A stretch of 64,000 nt of DNA, taken from Bacteroidia bacterium. Lineage in GTDB: Bacteria; Bacteroidota; Bacteroidia; NS11-12g; UBA9320. The stretch spans positions 56,521-120,520 of the forward strand of contig JAQWNJ010000017.1 of assembly GCA_029268695.1 (NCBI GenBank), given 5' to 3'. This document shows, in pieces, positions 19,269-29,875 of this stretch. The position numbers and the translations under genes are program-made. Within the stretch, counting starts at the first letter, position 1. The number at the start of each line of letters is the position of its first letter. Under the pieces are notes generated by a model that did no database searches, was not told the origin of the DNA, and saw only the letters and a list, made by a program, of their open reading frames with translations.

Positions 19269-20906
19269 TTGAAAATAATTAATATAAAAAACCTATCCGT
19301 TAAATTCAACCAAAAAGAGAAAGACTTTGAGGCTGTAAAAGGAATAAGTTTCTTCCTAAATATAGGAGAAATTCTTGGATTGATTGGAGAAAGTGGAAGT
19401 GGAAAATCTGTAACAAGTCAGTCCATAACTCGATTAATTGATGATGCCATATACAAAGGGTCGGTTGAATATTACACTGGTAGTGAATCGATTGATTTAC
19501 TTAAATGTTCAGACAAACAGTTACAATCAATCAGAAAAGAAAAGATATCCTATATTTTTCAAGAGCCTATGACAGCTCTCAATCCACTGATACAATGTGG
19601 GAGTCAAATACTAGAATCATCATCCTCAAAAAGTAATGAGACACTTTTTGAATTGCTAAATAAAGTAGAACTAAATGATGTTGAACGAGTCGCAAAGAGC
19701 TACCCCCACGAATTAAGTGGTGGTCAGAGACAACGGGTTATGATTGCAATGGCACTAGCAAAAAAACCTGAATTATTAATTGCTGATGAACCTACCACAG
19801 CATTAGATATAGCCATTCAAAAAGAAATTCTCACCTTATTGAAAAAATTAAGTAATGAAGAAAAAATGGGTATTCTATTCATAACCCATGATTTGATATC
19901 ACTTAACGAATTTGCAGATAAAATAGCTGTAATGTATCAAGGAGAGATTGTAGAACAAAACACAACCACCAAAATTCTCAATTCTCCAAAACATCCATAT
20001 ACAAGAGCCCTATTAGAAAGTAGGCCTTCACATCGTAAAAAAGGAAACATTCTTGAAGAAATCAATGATTTACTTGTTGAAATTGATGATAATCTCGAAT
20101 ATAAAAGCCCCAAAACTCAAAAACTCCCCATAAATAAGCCGAGTGAGAACATACTACTTGAACTTAAAGATATTAGCAAATACCATGTTCAAAAAAACTT
20201 TTTTAAAGAAACCAAACAAATCGTCTTGGATAAAATCAGCTTAAATATTAATCAAGGAGACATCGTTGGTTTAATTGGCGAGAGTGGTAGTGGGAAAAGT
20301 ACAATTGCTAAGATTATTTTACGCTTATGGAAAGAAACATCTGGAGCTATAAATTTGAATAGAAAAAATATACACACTGTATCTGATTTATCAAAAGAAA
20401 TTCAATTGGTATTTCAGGACCCATTTTCTTCATTGAATCCAAAACATTCAATCGGAGATGCTATTTCTGAAGTGTACCAAGTTTCAGAAGCGAATTTAAA
20501 ATCCCACGAAATCAGACAAAAAACTGTCGATCTTATTGAAACTGTGGGGCTATCAGAAAGTGATTTTAACAAATATCCTCATGAATTTTCAGGAGGACAA
20601 CGACAGCGAATTTGCATCGCAAAGGCTCTGGCAAAAAAACCAAAGTTTATTGTATTGGACGAGGCTGTTAGTGCTTTGGATGTAAGTGTCCAAGCAAAAA
20701 TACTTAATCTTCTTAATCAATTAAAAATACAAAATGGACTTACTTATCTGCTAATCTCGCATGACATGAATGTTGTGAGTTATTTCTGCAATAAATTAGT
20801 TGTCCTTAAAAATGGTAAAATCATCGAATCAGGAGATTCAGAAAAATTAATAACTAATCCAAAGTCTGATTACACAAAAAGCCTCTTGGAATCAAGCATA
20901 AATTGA
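19269..20906 (+). CDS. ABC transporter ATP-binding protein with two fused NBDs (peptide/oligopeptide DppD-DppF or GsiA type)
   Basis: Two Walker A motifs (GESGSGKS twice), two signatures (LSGGQRQR, FSGGQRQR), two Walker B motifs; HPYTRALLES motif typical of Opp/Dpp ATPases; no TM segments. Confidence 0.85.
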   Translation: MKIINIKNLSVKFNQKEKDFEAVKGISFFLNIGEILGLIGESGSGKSVTSQSITRLIDDAIYKGSVEYYTGSESIDLLKCSDKQLQSIRKEKISYIFQEPMTALNPLIQCGSQILESSSSKSNETLFELLNKVELNDVERVAKSYPHELSGGQRQRVMIAMALAKKPELLIADEPTTALDIAIQKEILTLLKKLSNEEKMGILFITHDLISLNEFADKIAVMYQGEIVEQNTTTKILNSPKHPYTRALLESRPSHRKKGNILEEINDLLVEIDDNLEYKSPKTQKLPINKPSENILLELKDISKYHVQKNFFKETKQIVLDKISLNINQGDIVGLIGESGSGKSTIAKIILRLWKETSGAINLNRKNIHTVSDLSKEIQLVFQDPFSSLNPKHSIGDAISEVYQVSEANLKSHEIRQKTVDLIETVGLSESDFNKYPHEFSGGQRQRICIAKALAKKPKFIVLDEAVSALDVSVQAKILNLLNQLKIQNGLTYLLISHDMNVVSYFCNKLVVLKNGKIIESGDSEKLITNPKSDYTKSLLESSIN

Positions 20907-23023
20907 AAAACTTGAAAAAGAAGAATAAAAGAACAAAAGAGGAAAAAAGTTACTCATCTGTACTAAATGTACTTGTTGATTATGCAAATAAACCACTCAA
21001 TTATAAACAGATTGGTGCTAAGATACCCAATCTGTCATTCAAAGAAGTCAGTCAAACACTGGAAAAGCTTGTTTATGAAGGAAAAATAAAATCACCTTCG
21101 GTTGGTAAATATGTCTTTGAGAAAAAAGATATGAATGAAATAGAGGGAACACTAGACTTCAATTCAAAAGGTGATGCCTACTTAGTTGCCGAAAACCTAG
21201 AAAAAGATATTAAAATTAAACATGGCAATACACTAGATGCATTTGATGGAGATACGGTAAAAGTAAAATTGTCGTACGTTAGCGGAAAAACTATGCCTAA
21301 AGCTTTTGTAACTTCAGTTATAAAAAGAAATAGAGAATATATCGTTGGAACGTTATCCTCAAATCAAAATACGCACTTTGTAATTCCTGACAACAACAAA
21401 ATTCACACTGATTTTTACATTCCAAAAGAATTCTTAAAAAATGCTAAAAATCAAGATAAGGTAAAGATAAAATTCAGAGATTGGCCAGCAAGAGCTAAGA
21501 ACCCTTGTGCTAGAATTGTCGAAGTGTTTGGAAAATCGGGAAATAATTCGGCAGAAATGCATGCAATAGTTGCAGAATTTGGATTTGAAACCAATTTCAG
21601 TGATAGTATAGAAAATGCCGCCAATCAACTACCAAAATCTATCCACAAAAAAGAGATTTCTAAAAGAGAAGATTTCCGAAAAATAACTACTTTCACTATT
21701 GACCCTGCTGATGCTAAAGACTTTGACGATGCATTAAGTTTTCAAGAATTATCAAATGGAAACACTGAAATTGGTGTACATATAGCTGATGTTTCACATT
21801 ATGTTAAACCTGCTGATATTATTGATAAAGAGGCAGTAAAAAGAGCTACTTCTGTGTATCTTATAGATCGAACAATCCCAATGTTACCAGAAGTATTGAG
21901 CAATAATATCTGCTCACTTAGACCTCATGAAGAATCTTTATGTTTTTCTGTAATTTTTGAATTTGATTCCAAGGCTAACATAACAAATTACCGGTTTGCA
22001 AAAACTATAATATATTCCGATCATAGGTTTTCATACGAAGATGCCCAACAAGTTATTGAATCAAAAAACGGTCCATACGCCACAGAACTTGAAAAGATGA
22101 ATGAAATTGCATCTAAACTAAGAAAAGAAAAATATAAAAATGGTGCAATCAATTTTGAAACAACAGAATTTCGATTTATTCTAGACAAAAGTGGAAAACC
22201 TACAGCCGTTTTACCCAAAGTAAGAAAAGAAGCCCATAAAATGATTGAAGAATATATGTTACTAGCCAATAAATATGTAGCTAAGCACCTATATTTAGAT
22301 AACAAAAAAATGCCTATTCCCTACAGAGTTCACGAAGAACCAAGTCCAGAAAAACTAGCTGAATTTGCAGAAACTGCAAAAAACTTCGGTTTCAGAATTG
22401 ATATTTCAAACTATAAACAGCTCGCATCCTCTATTAATCATATGGTAAGCAGAGTACAAGGGACACTGGAAGGGGATATTCTTCAACCCCTTGCGATTAG
22501 AAGCATGGAAAAAGCTTATTATACGACGAAGAAAATTGGACACTTTGGGCTCGGTTTTGACCATTATGCTCATTTTACCTCACCAATCCGTCGATATCCT
22601 GATCTTATTACTCACCGAATGTTGCATGATTACCTCGAGAACAAAAAAACCTTTGATTACGCTCAAGTTGAATCATTGGCTTCTCATAGCAGCAAGCAGG
22701 AACAAAAAGCGACAAATGCTGAAAGAGCAAGTATCAAATATAAACAGGTTGAGTACATGAGTGGTTTTAAAGGAGAAGAGTTTGAAGGAATTATAAGTGG
22801 AATTACTGAATGGGGTATTTATGTCGAAATTATTGAGAATAAATGTGAAGGTATGGTAAGATTACGAGATATTAGAGGAGATCATTATAGCTTTTATCCA
22901 GATAAGAAAATAGCCAAGGGAAGAAGAACTGGTAAAACTTATAGTATGGGTGATAAATTATGGATTCGCGTAAAAAACACTGATCTTAAAAAACGAAACA
23001 TTGACTTTCAAATTATCTCCTAA
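20903..23023 (+). CDS. rnr: Ribonuclease R
   Basis: RNB catalytic domain (DPADAKDFDDALS, HFGLGFDHYAHFTSPIRRYPDL) plus C-terminal S1 domain; 706 aa. Confidence 0.85.
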   Translation: MKNLKKKNKRTKEEKSYSSVLNVLVDYANKPLNYKQIGAKIPNLSFKEVSQTLEKLVYEGKIKSPSVGKYVFEKKDMNEIEGTLDFNSKGDAYLVAENLEKDIKIKHGNTLDAFDGDTVKVKLSYVSGKTMPKAFVTSVIKRNREYIVGTLSSNQNTHFVIPDNNKIHTDFYIPKEFLKNAKNQDKVKIKFRDWPARAKNPCARIVEVFGKSGNNSAEMHAIVAEFGFETNFSDSIENAANQLPKSIHKKEISKREDFRKITTFTIDPADAKDFDDALSFQELSNGNTEIGVHIADVSHYVKPADIIDKEAVKRATSVYLIDRTIPMLPEVLSNNICSLRPHEESLCFSVIFEFDSKANITNYRFAKTIIYSDHRFSYEDAQQVIESKNGPYATELEKMNEIASKLRKEKYKNGAINFETTEFRFILDKSGKPTAVLPKVRKEAHKMIEEYMLLANKYVAKHLYLDNKKMPIPYRVHEEPSPEKLAEFAETAKNFGFRIDISNYKQLASSINHMVSRVQGTLEGDILQPLAIRSMEKAYYTTKKIGHFGLGFDHYAHFTSPIRRYPDLITHRMLHDYLENKKTFDYAQVESLASHSSKQEQKATNAERASIKYKQVEYMSGFKGEEFEGIISGITEWGIYVEIIENKCEGMVRLRDIRGDHYSFYPDKKIAKGRRTGKTYSMGDKLWIRVKNTDLKKRNIDFQIIS

Positions 23024-23040
23024 AAATAAGAAGTGTAAAT

Positions 23041-24012
23041 TTGTTATTCATGCAAAAACTTAAAGAAATAATCGCTGTTTTTGAAGCTAATCTTCCTTCT
23101 ATAACAGAACAGCCAGGAGAACCAAGAGAAGTTTACGAGCCTATTTCTTACATTCTAAATATTGGTGGAAAACGCATCAGACCAGCAATGACGATTGCAG
23201 CATACAAACTCTACCAAGAAAAAATATCTGATGATGTCATAAAACTTGCTCAAGCTATTGAAATGTTTCACAATTTCACCCTTATGCATGATGATATTAT
23301 GGATAATTCATTATTGAGAAGAGGACACCAAACTGTCCATCTTAAATGGGACAATGCAACTGCCATACTCTGTGGAGATCTTCTCCAAATTGAAGTTTAT
23401 GAAAAACTTACTGAAATTGGAAGTATTGAGATTCTTAATCTATTCAACAAAATGGCCAGAGAATTGTGTGAAGGTCAAATGAATGACATGATGTTCGAAA
23501 CCAGAGAGATTGTTTCTAATGAGGACTACCTCCACATGATTAAACAAAAAACGGCTGTATTAATTGGTTTTAGTTTGCAAGCTGGTGCTCTATTAGGTGG
23601 TGCAAATGAATCTGAATCTAACGCCTTATACGACTTAGGAATATCTATGGGATTATCCTTCCAATTAATGGACGACTACTTAGATAGCTTTGGAGAAAAA
23701 GATAAGGTGGGAAAAAAGATAGGTGGCGATATTTTAAATAAAAAGAAAACATTTCTTTGGAATGAAATGTGGGCAAACCTAAACAGTCAGGAAAAAAAAT
23801 CATTGAATACTATTTTTGAAAGTGGAACTGATTCAGAGATTATTGATTATGTGAAAGATAAAATGAAATCAACAGGTGCAGATAAAAAAACACTCCAATT
23901 AGCTCAAAATCATGCGGCGAGAAATGGTCATATCTTAAGCCAAATGTCTTCAGAAGGTAATAAAGATTATTTAAATGAAATCATGACTTTACTATCTAAA
24001 AGAGAAAATTGA
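23041..24012 (+). CDS. Polyprenyl diphosphate synthase (trans-isoprenyl diphosphate synthase family)
   Basis: First and second Asp-rich motifs (LMHDDIMD, FQLMDDYLD); chain-length specificity not determinable. Confidence 0.8.
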   Translation: MLFMQKLKEIIAVFEANLPSITEQPGEPREVYEPISYILNIGGKRIRPAMTIAAYKLYQEKISDDVIKLAQAIEMFHNFTLMHDDIMDNSLLRRGHQTVHLKWDNATAILCGDLLQIEVYEKLTEIGSIEILNLFNKMARELCEGQMNDMMFETREIVSNEDYLHMIKQKTAVLIGFSLQAGALLGGANESESNALYDLGISMGLSFQLMDDYLDSFGEKDKVGKKIGGDILNKKKTFLWNEMWANLNSQEKKSLNTIFESGTDSEIIDYVKDKMKSTGADKKTLQLAQNHAARNGHILSQMSSEGNKDYLNEIMTLLSKREN

Positions 24013-24860
24013 AACCTTTTGATATCTATATTTCATCCTCTCAAGATGTTTTTGAGAATATTGCTCTTGAAGAATACTTTTTAACTAAATACAAAAAGGA
24101 TATTCTATTATTTTATATAAATGCAAATGCCGTTGTAATTGGTAAACATCAAAACCCATGGAAGGAAGTAGATTTATCCCCAGATAGAGATTACAAAGTT
24201 ATTAGAAGGTTAAGTGGGGGTGGGACAGTTTACCATGATCTAGGGAATATTAATTTTTCATTTATCAGAAATAAAGAAAGGGATTTTGTAAACTTCAAGG
24301 AACACATTATCCCAATAAGTCAAGCACTTGAACAACTAAATATTCCAAATACTATCTCTGAACGAAATGATTTATTTGTTGGAGAAAATAAGGTCAGTGG
24401 AAATGCTGAACACGTCAATAGTTCATTAAAAAGAATACTACACCACGGCACATTACTTTACGACAGTAATCTTATCAAGTTAAACGGAAGTATTAAACCA
24501 AATAAACCACTAGATATAAAAACCCATGCAGTACAATCCAAAAGAAGTCCTGTGGCTAACATGAGAGAAATACATGATTTGGGAAATACCAATTCCTTTT
24601 TAGATTCAATCATTAAAAAACTGAAAAATATCATTATTGTCAACTCCGTAAAAGAAATAGAACCCTCAAAAATTGAGACCATTACAAAGCTAATTGAGAA
24701 AAAATACATCACATCAGATTGGAACTTTGGTCATACGCCACAATTTAAGTATACCGGTAAATCTGGGGAAGTCTATCGTATACGAAAAGGGAAAGTGATT
24801 GAAACAAGTGATTCCACAAAAATTGGACTAACATTCAATAAAATTCTTGAAAATGACTAA
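24009..24860 (+). CDS. Lipoate--protein ligase / octanoyltransferase family protein (LplA/LipM-like catalytic domain only)
   Basis: N-terminal BPL/LplA/LipB domain with RRLSGGGTVYHDLGN motif; 283 aa, lacks the LplA C-terminal accessory domain. Confidence 0.6.
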   Translation: MKPFDIYISSSQDVFENIALEEYFLTKYKKDILLFYINANAVVIGKHQNPWKEVDLSPDRDYKVIRRLSGGGTVYHDLGNINFSFIRNKERDFVNFKEHIIPISQALEQLNIPNTISERNDLFVGENKVSGNAEHVNSSLKRILHHGTLLYDSNLIKLNGSIKPNKPLDIKTHAVQSKRSPVANMREIHDLGNTNSFLDSIIKKLKNIIIVNSVKEIEPSKIETITKLIEKKYITSDWNFGHTPQFKYTGKSGEVYRIRKGKVIETSDSTKIGLTFNKILEND

Positions 24861-25488
24861 AAAAGAACGAGCATCTAAGATTCATAAAATATTAGAATCA
24901 GAGTTTCCTGAAGTACCCATTCCATTAGATCATAAAGATCCATACACACTTCTGATTGCAGTATTATTGTCAGCCCAATGCACAGACGAACGAGTAAATA
25001 AAATCACTCCACTCCTATTCTCAAAAGCAGATAATCCATACGATATGATTAAAATGACTGTCGAAGAGATCAAGTCCATTATAAGACCTTGTGGATTATC
25101 TCCAATGAAGAGTAAAGGAATCTATGGTCTAAGTAAAATTCTAATAGAAAAATATGATGGTCAAGTTCCAAAAGATATGTCAGCACTTGAACAACTTCCT
25201 GCCGTTGGTCATAAGACAGCAAGTGTAGTTATGAGTCAAGCATTTGGTATTCCTGCGTTTCCTGTAGACACCCACATTCATCGTCTTGCTTATCGCTGGA
25301 AACTAAGCACTGGTAAAAATGTTAAAAAAACTGAAAAGGATCTTAAAGCTTGTTTTCCAATAGAATTTTGGAATAAAATTCATCTTCAAATCATTTTTTT
25401 TGGCAGAAAATATTGCCCAGCAAGAGGGCACAATCCACAAATCTGTCCAGTATGTAAAACCTATGGCCGTGTCTCATTATTCAAATAG
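24847..25488 (+). CDS. nth: Endonuclease III
   Basis: HhH-GPD core (LPAVGHKTASVVM) and C-terminal 4Fe-4S cluster loop C-x6-C-x2-C-x5-C (CPARGHNPQICPVCKTYGRV). Confidence 0.85.
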   Translation: MKMTKKERASKIHKILESEFPEVPIPLDHKDPYTLLIAVLLSAQCTDERVNKITPLLFSKADNPYDMIKMTVEEIKSIIRPCGLSPMKSKGIYGLSKILIEKYDGQVPKDMSALEQLPAVGHKTASVVMSQAFGIPAFPVDTHIHRLAYRWKLSTGKNVKKTEKDLKACFPIEFWNKIHLQIIFFGRKYCPARGHNPQICPVCKTYGRVSLFK

Positions 25489-25538
25489 GGATTTATTCTA
25501 AGTTTTCAGATTGATAGACCTAACTTTGCAATCCATAA

Positions 25539-26237
25539 ATGAAGCTAGAAATACTTTACGAAGACAATCATTTAATCGCGGTAAATAAACCTGCAGGACT
25601 TGTTGTTCAAGACAATGAACACGGCCTACCATCACTAGAGTACCATGTAAAGTCTTACATAAAAGTTAAATACAATAAACCTGGAGCAGTCTTTATTGGC
25701 TGTATTCACAGGTTAGACACTAATGTAACAGGTGTTGTATTATTTGCTAGAACAAGTAAAGCCCTTGCTCGAATGAATGAGCAATTTAAAGATCGAATAA
25801 TCCAAAAAATCTATGCTGCCCTAATTCGCCGCAAACCCCAGCCTATGGCTGGCACATTAGAACATTGGCTTAAAAAAGATCCAAAACAGAATAAAACAAA
25901 ACTATACCATGAAGAACAAAAGGGAAGTAAAAAAGCAGTACTTCATTATGAATTTATAAATACTGCCAATCATTGTTTCCTCTTAAAAATAAGACCTATC
26001 ACCGGGAGACCACACCAAATTCGTGTTCAATTAGCTCGAACATTCACAGGAATCGTTGGAGATGTAAAATATGGTCAAACAAAACCAACTTCTGATAAAA
26101 GTATCTACTTACATGCTTTAGGCTTATCCTTCAAACACCCGGTAACTAAAGAAAATTTAAATTTGCATGCCCCAATGCCTCAATTTGGAAATTGGAAATT
26201 TTTTAAAGACATCGAAAAAAATTTATTAAAAGAATGA
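25539..26237 (+). CDS. RluA-family RNA pseudouridine synthase
   Basis: LIAVNKPAGLVV...HRLDTNVTGVVLFART catalytic-Asp motif. Confidence 0.8.
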   Translation: MKLEILYEDNHLIAVNKPAGLVVQDNEHGLPSLEYHVKSYIKVKYNKPGAVFIGCIHRLDTNVTGVVLFARTSKALARMNEQFKDRIIQKIYAALIRRKPQPMAGTLEHWLKKDPKQNKTKLYHEEQKGSKKAVLHYEFINTANHCFLLKIRPITGRPHQIRVQLARTFTGIVGDVKYGQTKPTSDKSIYLHALGLSFKHPVTKENLNLHAPMPQFGNWKFFKDIEKNLLKE

Positions 26238-27859
26238 ATCAAATTGTAAAAATACCTAAAGCTAAAAATGAAGCGGTAAAATCGTATGCCCCAGGCAATC
26301 CTGAAACACTTAGTCTCAAAAGTAAATTACAGGAGATGAAAAATACTTCGGTTGATATACCTATGTATATTGGTAGTGAAAAAGTTTTTACTGATAATAA
26401 AGTATCTATTCATCCACCTCATGAGATAAGTCATTCACTTGGTTCATTTAACAAAGGAAATGCATCACATGTTGAAGCCGCTATAAATGCTGCGTTGAAA
26501 GCTAAGGAAAATTGGGCTAATATGCCATGGGAATCCAGGGCTGCAATATTCTTAAGGGCCGCGGACCTTCTTGCAGGACCATATCGCGATAAGATGAATG
26601 CAGCTACCATGCTTGCTCAGTCTAAAAATGCTATGCAAGCTGAAATTGATGCCGCATGTGAGATGATTGATTTTTTCAAATTCAATGTCCAATATATGAG
26701 TGAGATATATGCACAACAACCTCCTGAGAACTCACCCGGTGTATGGAACCAACTTGAGTATAGACCACTTGAAGGTTTTGTATTTGCACTTTCTCCTTTT
26801 AACTTTACAAGTATTGCTGCAAATCTATGCTCCGCTCCTGCTATGATGGGAAATACCATCGTGTGGAAACCTGCAGAAACCCAAATCTATAGTGCTCAAG
26901 TTATTATGGAATTATATAAAGAAGCTGGATTACCTGATGGAGTTATAAATTTAGTCTATGTAGACGGACCTACTACTGGTGACGTAATATTTAATCACAG
27001 AGATTTTGCTGGAATTCACTTTACTGGAAGTACAGGCGTATTTCGACAAATATGGAAAACTATAGGAAGTAATATTGAAAAATACCGAAGTTACCCAAGA
27101 ATTGTCGGTGAAACTGGTGGTAAAGATTTTGTAATGGTTCATGGAAGTGCAGACATCAATCAAGTAAATACAGCCCTAGTTAGGGGATCTTTTGAATTTC
27201 AAGGACAAAAATGTTCTGCAGCTTCCAGAGCATACATCCCTAAGAGTATGTGGAATGAGCTTAAACCGCTCCTCATTGAAACAACCAACAGCTTAAAAAT
27301 GGGAACTACTGAGGATTTTAGCAATTTTGTAAATGCTGTAATTGATAAAAAATCTTTCCTAAAAATATCAGGCTATATTGACCGAGTTAAAGAAGGTTCG
27401 GATGCTCAAATTATCGCTGGTGGTACTTATGATGACAGTGAGGGGTACTTCATTAGACCAACTATAATTGAAACTACGAACCCTTCATATGCTACCATGT
27501 GTGATGAATTATTTGGTCCAGTTTTATCCATTTACGTATATCCAGATGAGGAGTATGAAAAAACACTTCATTTAGTTGACAATACTTCAGAATATGCCTT
27601 GACAGGAGCCATTTATGCCAAAGGACGTGAACATATTAATACAGCCCTTAATATATTAAGAAATTCAGCAGGTAATTTCTATATCAATGATAAACCAACA
27701 GGAGCTGTTGTTGGTCAACAACCCTTTGGTGGTGCTAGAGGTAGTGGAACCAATGATAAAGCTGGAGCACCTATAAACTTGATGCGTTGGACATCCATGC
27801 GAACCATTAAAGAAACTTTTGTATCTCCTACCAATTATGAGTACCCATTTCATAGTTAA
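26234..27859 (+). CDS. pruA: L-glutamate gamma-semialdehyde (1-pyrroline-5-carboxylate) dehydrogenase
   Basis: Aldehyde dehydrogenase superfamily; catalytic Cys in FEFQGQKCSAASR; 541 aa, typical of Bacteroidota P5CDH. Confidence 0.75.
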   Translation: MNQIVKIPKAKNEAVKSYAPGNPETLSLKSKLQEMKNTSVDIPMYIGSEKVFTDNKVSIHPPHEISHSLGSFNKGNASHVEAAINAALKAKENWANMPWESRAAIFLRAADLLAGPYRDKMNAATMLAQSKNAMQAEIDAACEMIDFFKFNVQYMSEIYAQQPPENSPGVWNQLEYRPLEGFVFALSPFNFTSIAANLCSAPAMMGNTIVWKPAETQIYSAQVIMELYKEAGLPDGVINLVYVDGPTTGDVIFNHRDFAGIHFTGSTGVFRQIWKTIGSNIEKYRSYPRIVGETGGKDFVMVHGSADINQVNTALVRGSFEFQGQKCSAASRAYIPKSMWNELKPLLIETTNSLKMGTTEDFSNFVNAVIDKKSFLKISGYIDRVKEGSDAQIIAGGTYDDSEGYFIRPTIIETTNPSYATMCDELFGPVLSIYVYPDEEYEKTLHLVDNTSEYALTGAIYAKGREHINTALNILRNSAGNFYINDKPTGAVVGQQPFGGARGSGTNDKAGAPINLMRWTSMRTIKETFVSPTNYEYPFHS

Positions 27860-27869
27860 ATTACTGAAA

Positions 27870-28373
27870 ATGAGAAATTTATTTATTTTACACGTTTTAT
27901 TTCTAATTTTAGGATGCGGAGGTGGAAATCAACAATCTGGGTTCGAAAATGATGAACCTATTACGTCTGCCCCAATTGCTAAATCAAAAATTATCACTTC
28001 AGATACCCTTTTTATAGACGCATTAGGGGCGAATATGAGTGAAATGAAATTTAATAAAAAAGTTATACGTGTACCCGCTAATAAAAATATAACAATTGCT
28101 CTAACTAATGAGAGTTCAGATGCTACGATGCCTCACAACATTGTTATTATTAAAAAGGGATTTGCAAATGATGTTGGTCAAGCTGGCTTAAGGCATAAGG
28201 TAAATGCTTATGTAAAACCTAATGACCAGAATGTTATTGCAAATTCACCACTTGCTCAAATTGGGGAAACCGTTTATTTTTCCTTTAAAACTCCAGAAAT
28301 CGGAAATTATGAGTTCATATGCTCCTACCCAGGTCACTGGGGTTTAATGAAAGGTGAATTCATTACCAAATAG
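27870..28373 (+). CDS. Azurin-family blue copper protein, lipoprotein
   Basis: Lipoprotein signal LFLILGCGGG; C-terminal half aligns closely with azurin (YVKPNDQNVIANSP...ETVYFSF...GNYEFICSYPGHWGLMKGEFITK versus azurin YLKPDDSRVIAHTK...YMFFCTFPGHSALMKGTLTLK); His/Cys/His/Met copper ligands present. Track start 27819 replaced by Met at 27870. Confidence 0.8.
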   Translation: MRNLFILHVLFLILGCGGGNQQSGFENDEPITSAPIAKSKIITSDTLFIDALGANMSEMKFNKKVIRVPANKNITIALTNESSDATMPHNIVIIKKGFANDVGQAGLRHKVNAYVKPNDQNVIANSPLAQIGETVYFSFKTPEIGNYEFICSYPGHWGLMKGEFITK

Positions 28374-28375
28374 GG

Positions 28376-29875
28376 TTAAAATGGATCGTCCTCTCCTGGA
28401 TTAAATGGAGACATGTCGTTCATTTTACTGGTATAAGTTACACTACTATCAGTAAATGTGTCTGCCCCATAATTGCTGTAACCCCAATCGGTAAATTTAC
28501 CATAATGTTTCACAAACTTCAGATTAACTGTTCCTGGCGAGCCATTTCTATGCTTACGAATAATCAATTCAGTTAGACCTTCATTATCATTCCCTTCCTC
28601 GTCTTGTGTTATTCCATAATATTCAGGCCTGTAAATAAACGTCACAAGATCTGCATCCTGTTCAATAGATCCAGATTCCCGAAGATCAGATAACATCGGA
28701 CGTTTATCTTGTCTTTGCTCCACTGCCCTACTTAGCTGAGCTAATGCAATAACTGGGATATCTAACTCTTTTGCCAATGATTTCAATGATCTTGAAATGT
28801 AAGAAATTTCTTGCTCACGATTTCCTGCCATCTTTTTGTTTCCTTCGTCAGCCCTCATTAATTGAAGGTAATCAATGATAACCATATCTATATTTCGTTG
28901 ACGCTTTAGTCTTCGTGCTTTTGCCTTCAAATCTAATACGGTTAGGGCAGGTGTATCATCGATAAAAATTCCTGCATCTTCAATTGTACTGATCTTAGTA
29001 TGTAGCTGCTGCCATTCATGCTCAGCTAATTTCCCGCTTCTTATTTTTTCAGAGGATAATTCAGCTTCTGAAGAAATTAATCTTTTTACCAACTGAAGAC
29101 TACTCATCTCTAGTGAGAAAAGTGCTATATTTTTATTACCTACAACAGCAGCATTTCTGGCAACTGACAAAACAAAAGCTGTTTTACCCATTCCAGGTCT
29201 TGCAGCTAATATTATAAGATCACTATTTTGCCATCCGGAGGTCATTCGATCTAACTCTGTAAAACCAGTTGCAATTCCTGAAAGACCATCTTTATCTGAT
29301 TTTGATTCCTCAATATCCTTGATAGCTTTAGCAATCAAATCACTCACTGAATCATAATTTTTTGTCATGCTATCATTTTTGATCTCAAATAATTTCTTTT
29401 CAGATTCATCCAATAATTCAAATGCATCTGAGGTCTCTTCAAATGCTTTCTCTCCTATTACACCTGCTACAGAAATTAATTGACGTTGAATACTTTTCTG
29501 AATGACTATATGAGCATGATATTCAATATTTGCAGCACTACTAACTCTGTTAGTCAATGAAGTAATATAGAACGCTCCTCCAGCAGCTTCCAAATTAGCA
29601 TTTTTACGCAACTGTTCTGTCACAGTAAGAATATCTACAGGATTACCAGCCATGAATAGCTGGAGTATTGCCTCATAAATCATTTGATGACTCTCTACAT
29701 AAAATGCATCTTTCTTAAGGTAACTAGCCACTTTTTCAGGGGCATATTTTTCAAGCATAAGAGCCCCCAAAACAGCTTCCTCTAAATCACGAGCTTGCGG
29801 TTGTAGTTTTGACATCTGATTCAAATTACTAAGTGACATTTTACTTTTGGGGGTATTAACTCGTTTTTTTTCCAT
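28376..29875 (-). CDS. dnaB: Replicative DNA helicase DnaB
   Basis: N-terminal DnaB domain plus RecA-like domain with Walker A ARPGMGKTAFVLS; 499 aa, no intein. Confidence 0.9.
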   Translation of the reverse strand: MEKKRVNTPKSKMSLSNLNQMSKLQPQARDLEEAVLGALMLEKYAPEKVASYLKKDAFYVESHQMIYEAILQLFMAGNPVDILTVTEQLRKNANLEAAGGAFYITSLTNRVSSAANIEYHAHIVIQKSIQRQLISVAGVIGEKAFEETSDAFELLDESEKKLFEIKNDSMTKNYDSVSDLIAKAIKDIEESKSDKDGLSGIATGFTELDRMTSGWQNSDLIILAARPGMGKTAFVLSVARNAAVVGNKNIALFSLEMSSLQLVKRLISSEAELSSEKIRSGKLAEHEWQQLHTKISTIEDAGIFIDDTPALTVLDLKAKARRLKRQRNIDMVIIDYLQLMRADEGNKKMAGNREQEISYISRSLKSLAKELDIPVIALAQLSRAVEQRQDKRPMLSDLRESGSIEQDADLVTFIYRPEYYGITQDEEGNDNEGLTELIIRKHRNGSPGTVNLKFVKHYGKFTDWGYSNYGADTFTDSSVTYTSKMNDMSPFNPGEDDPF

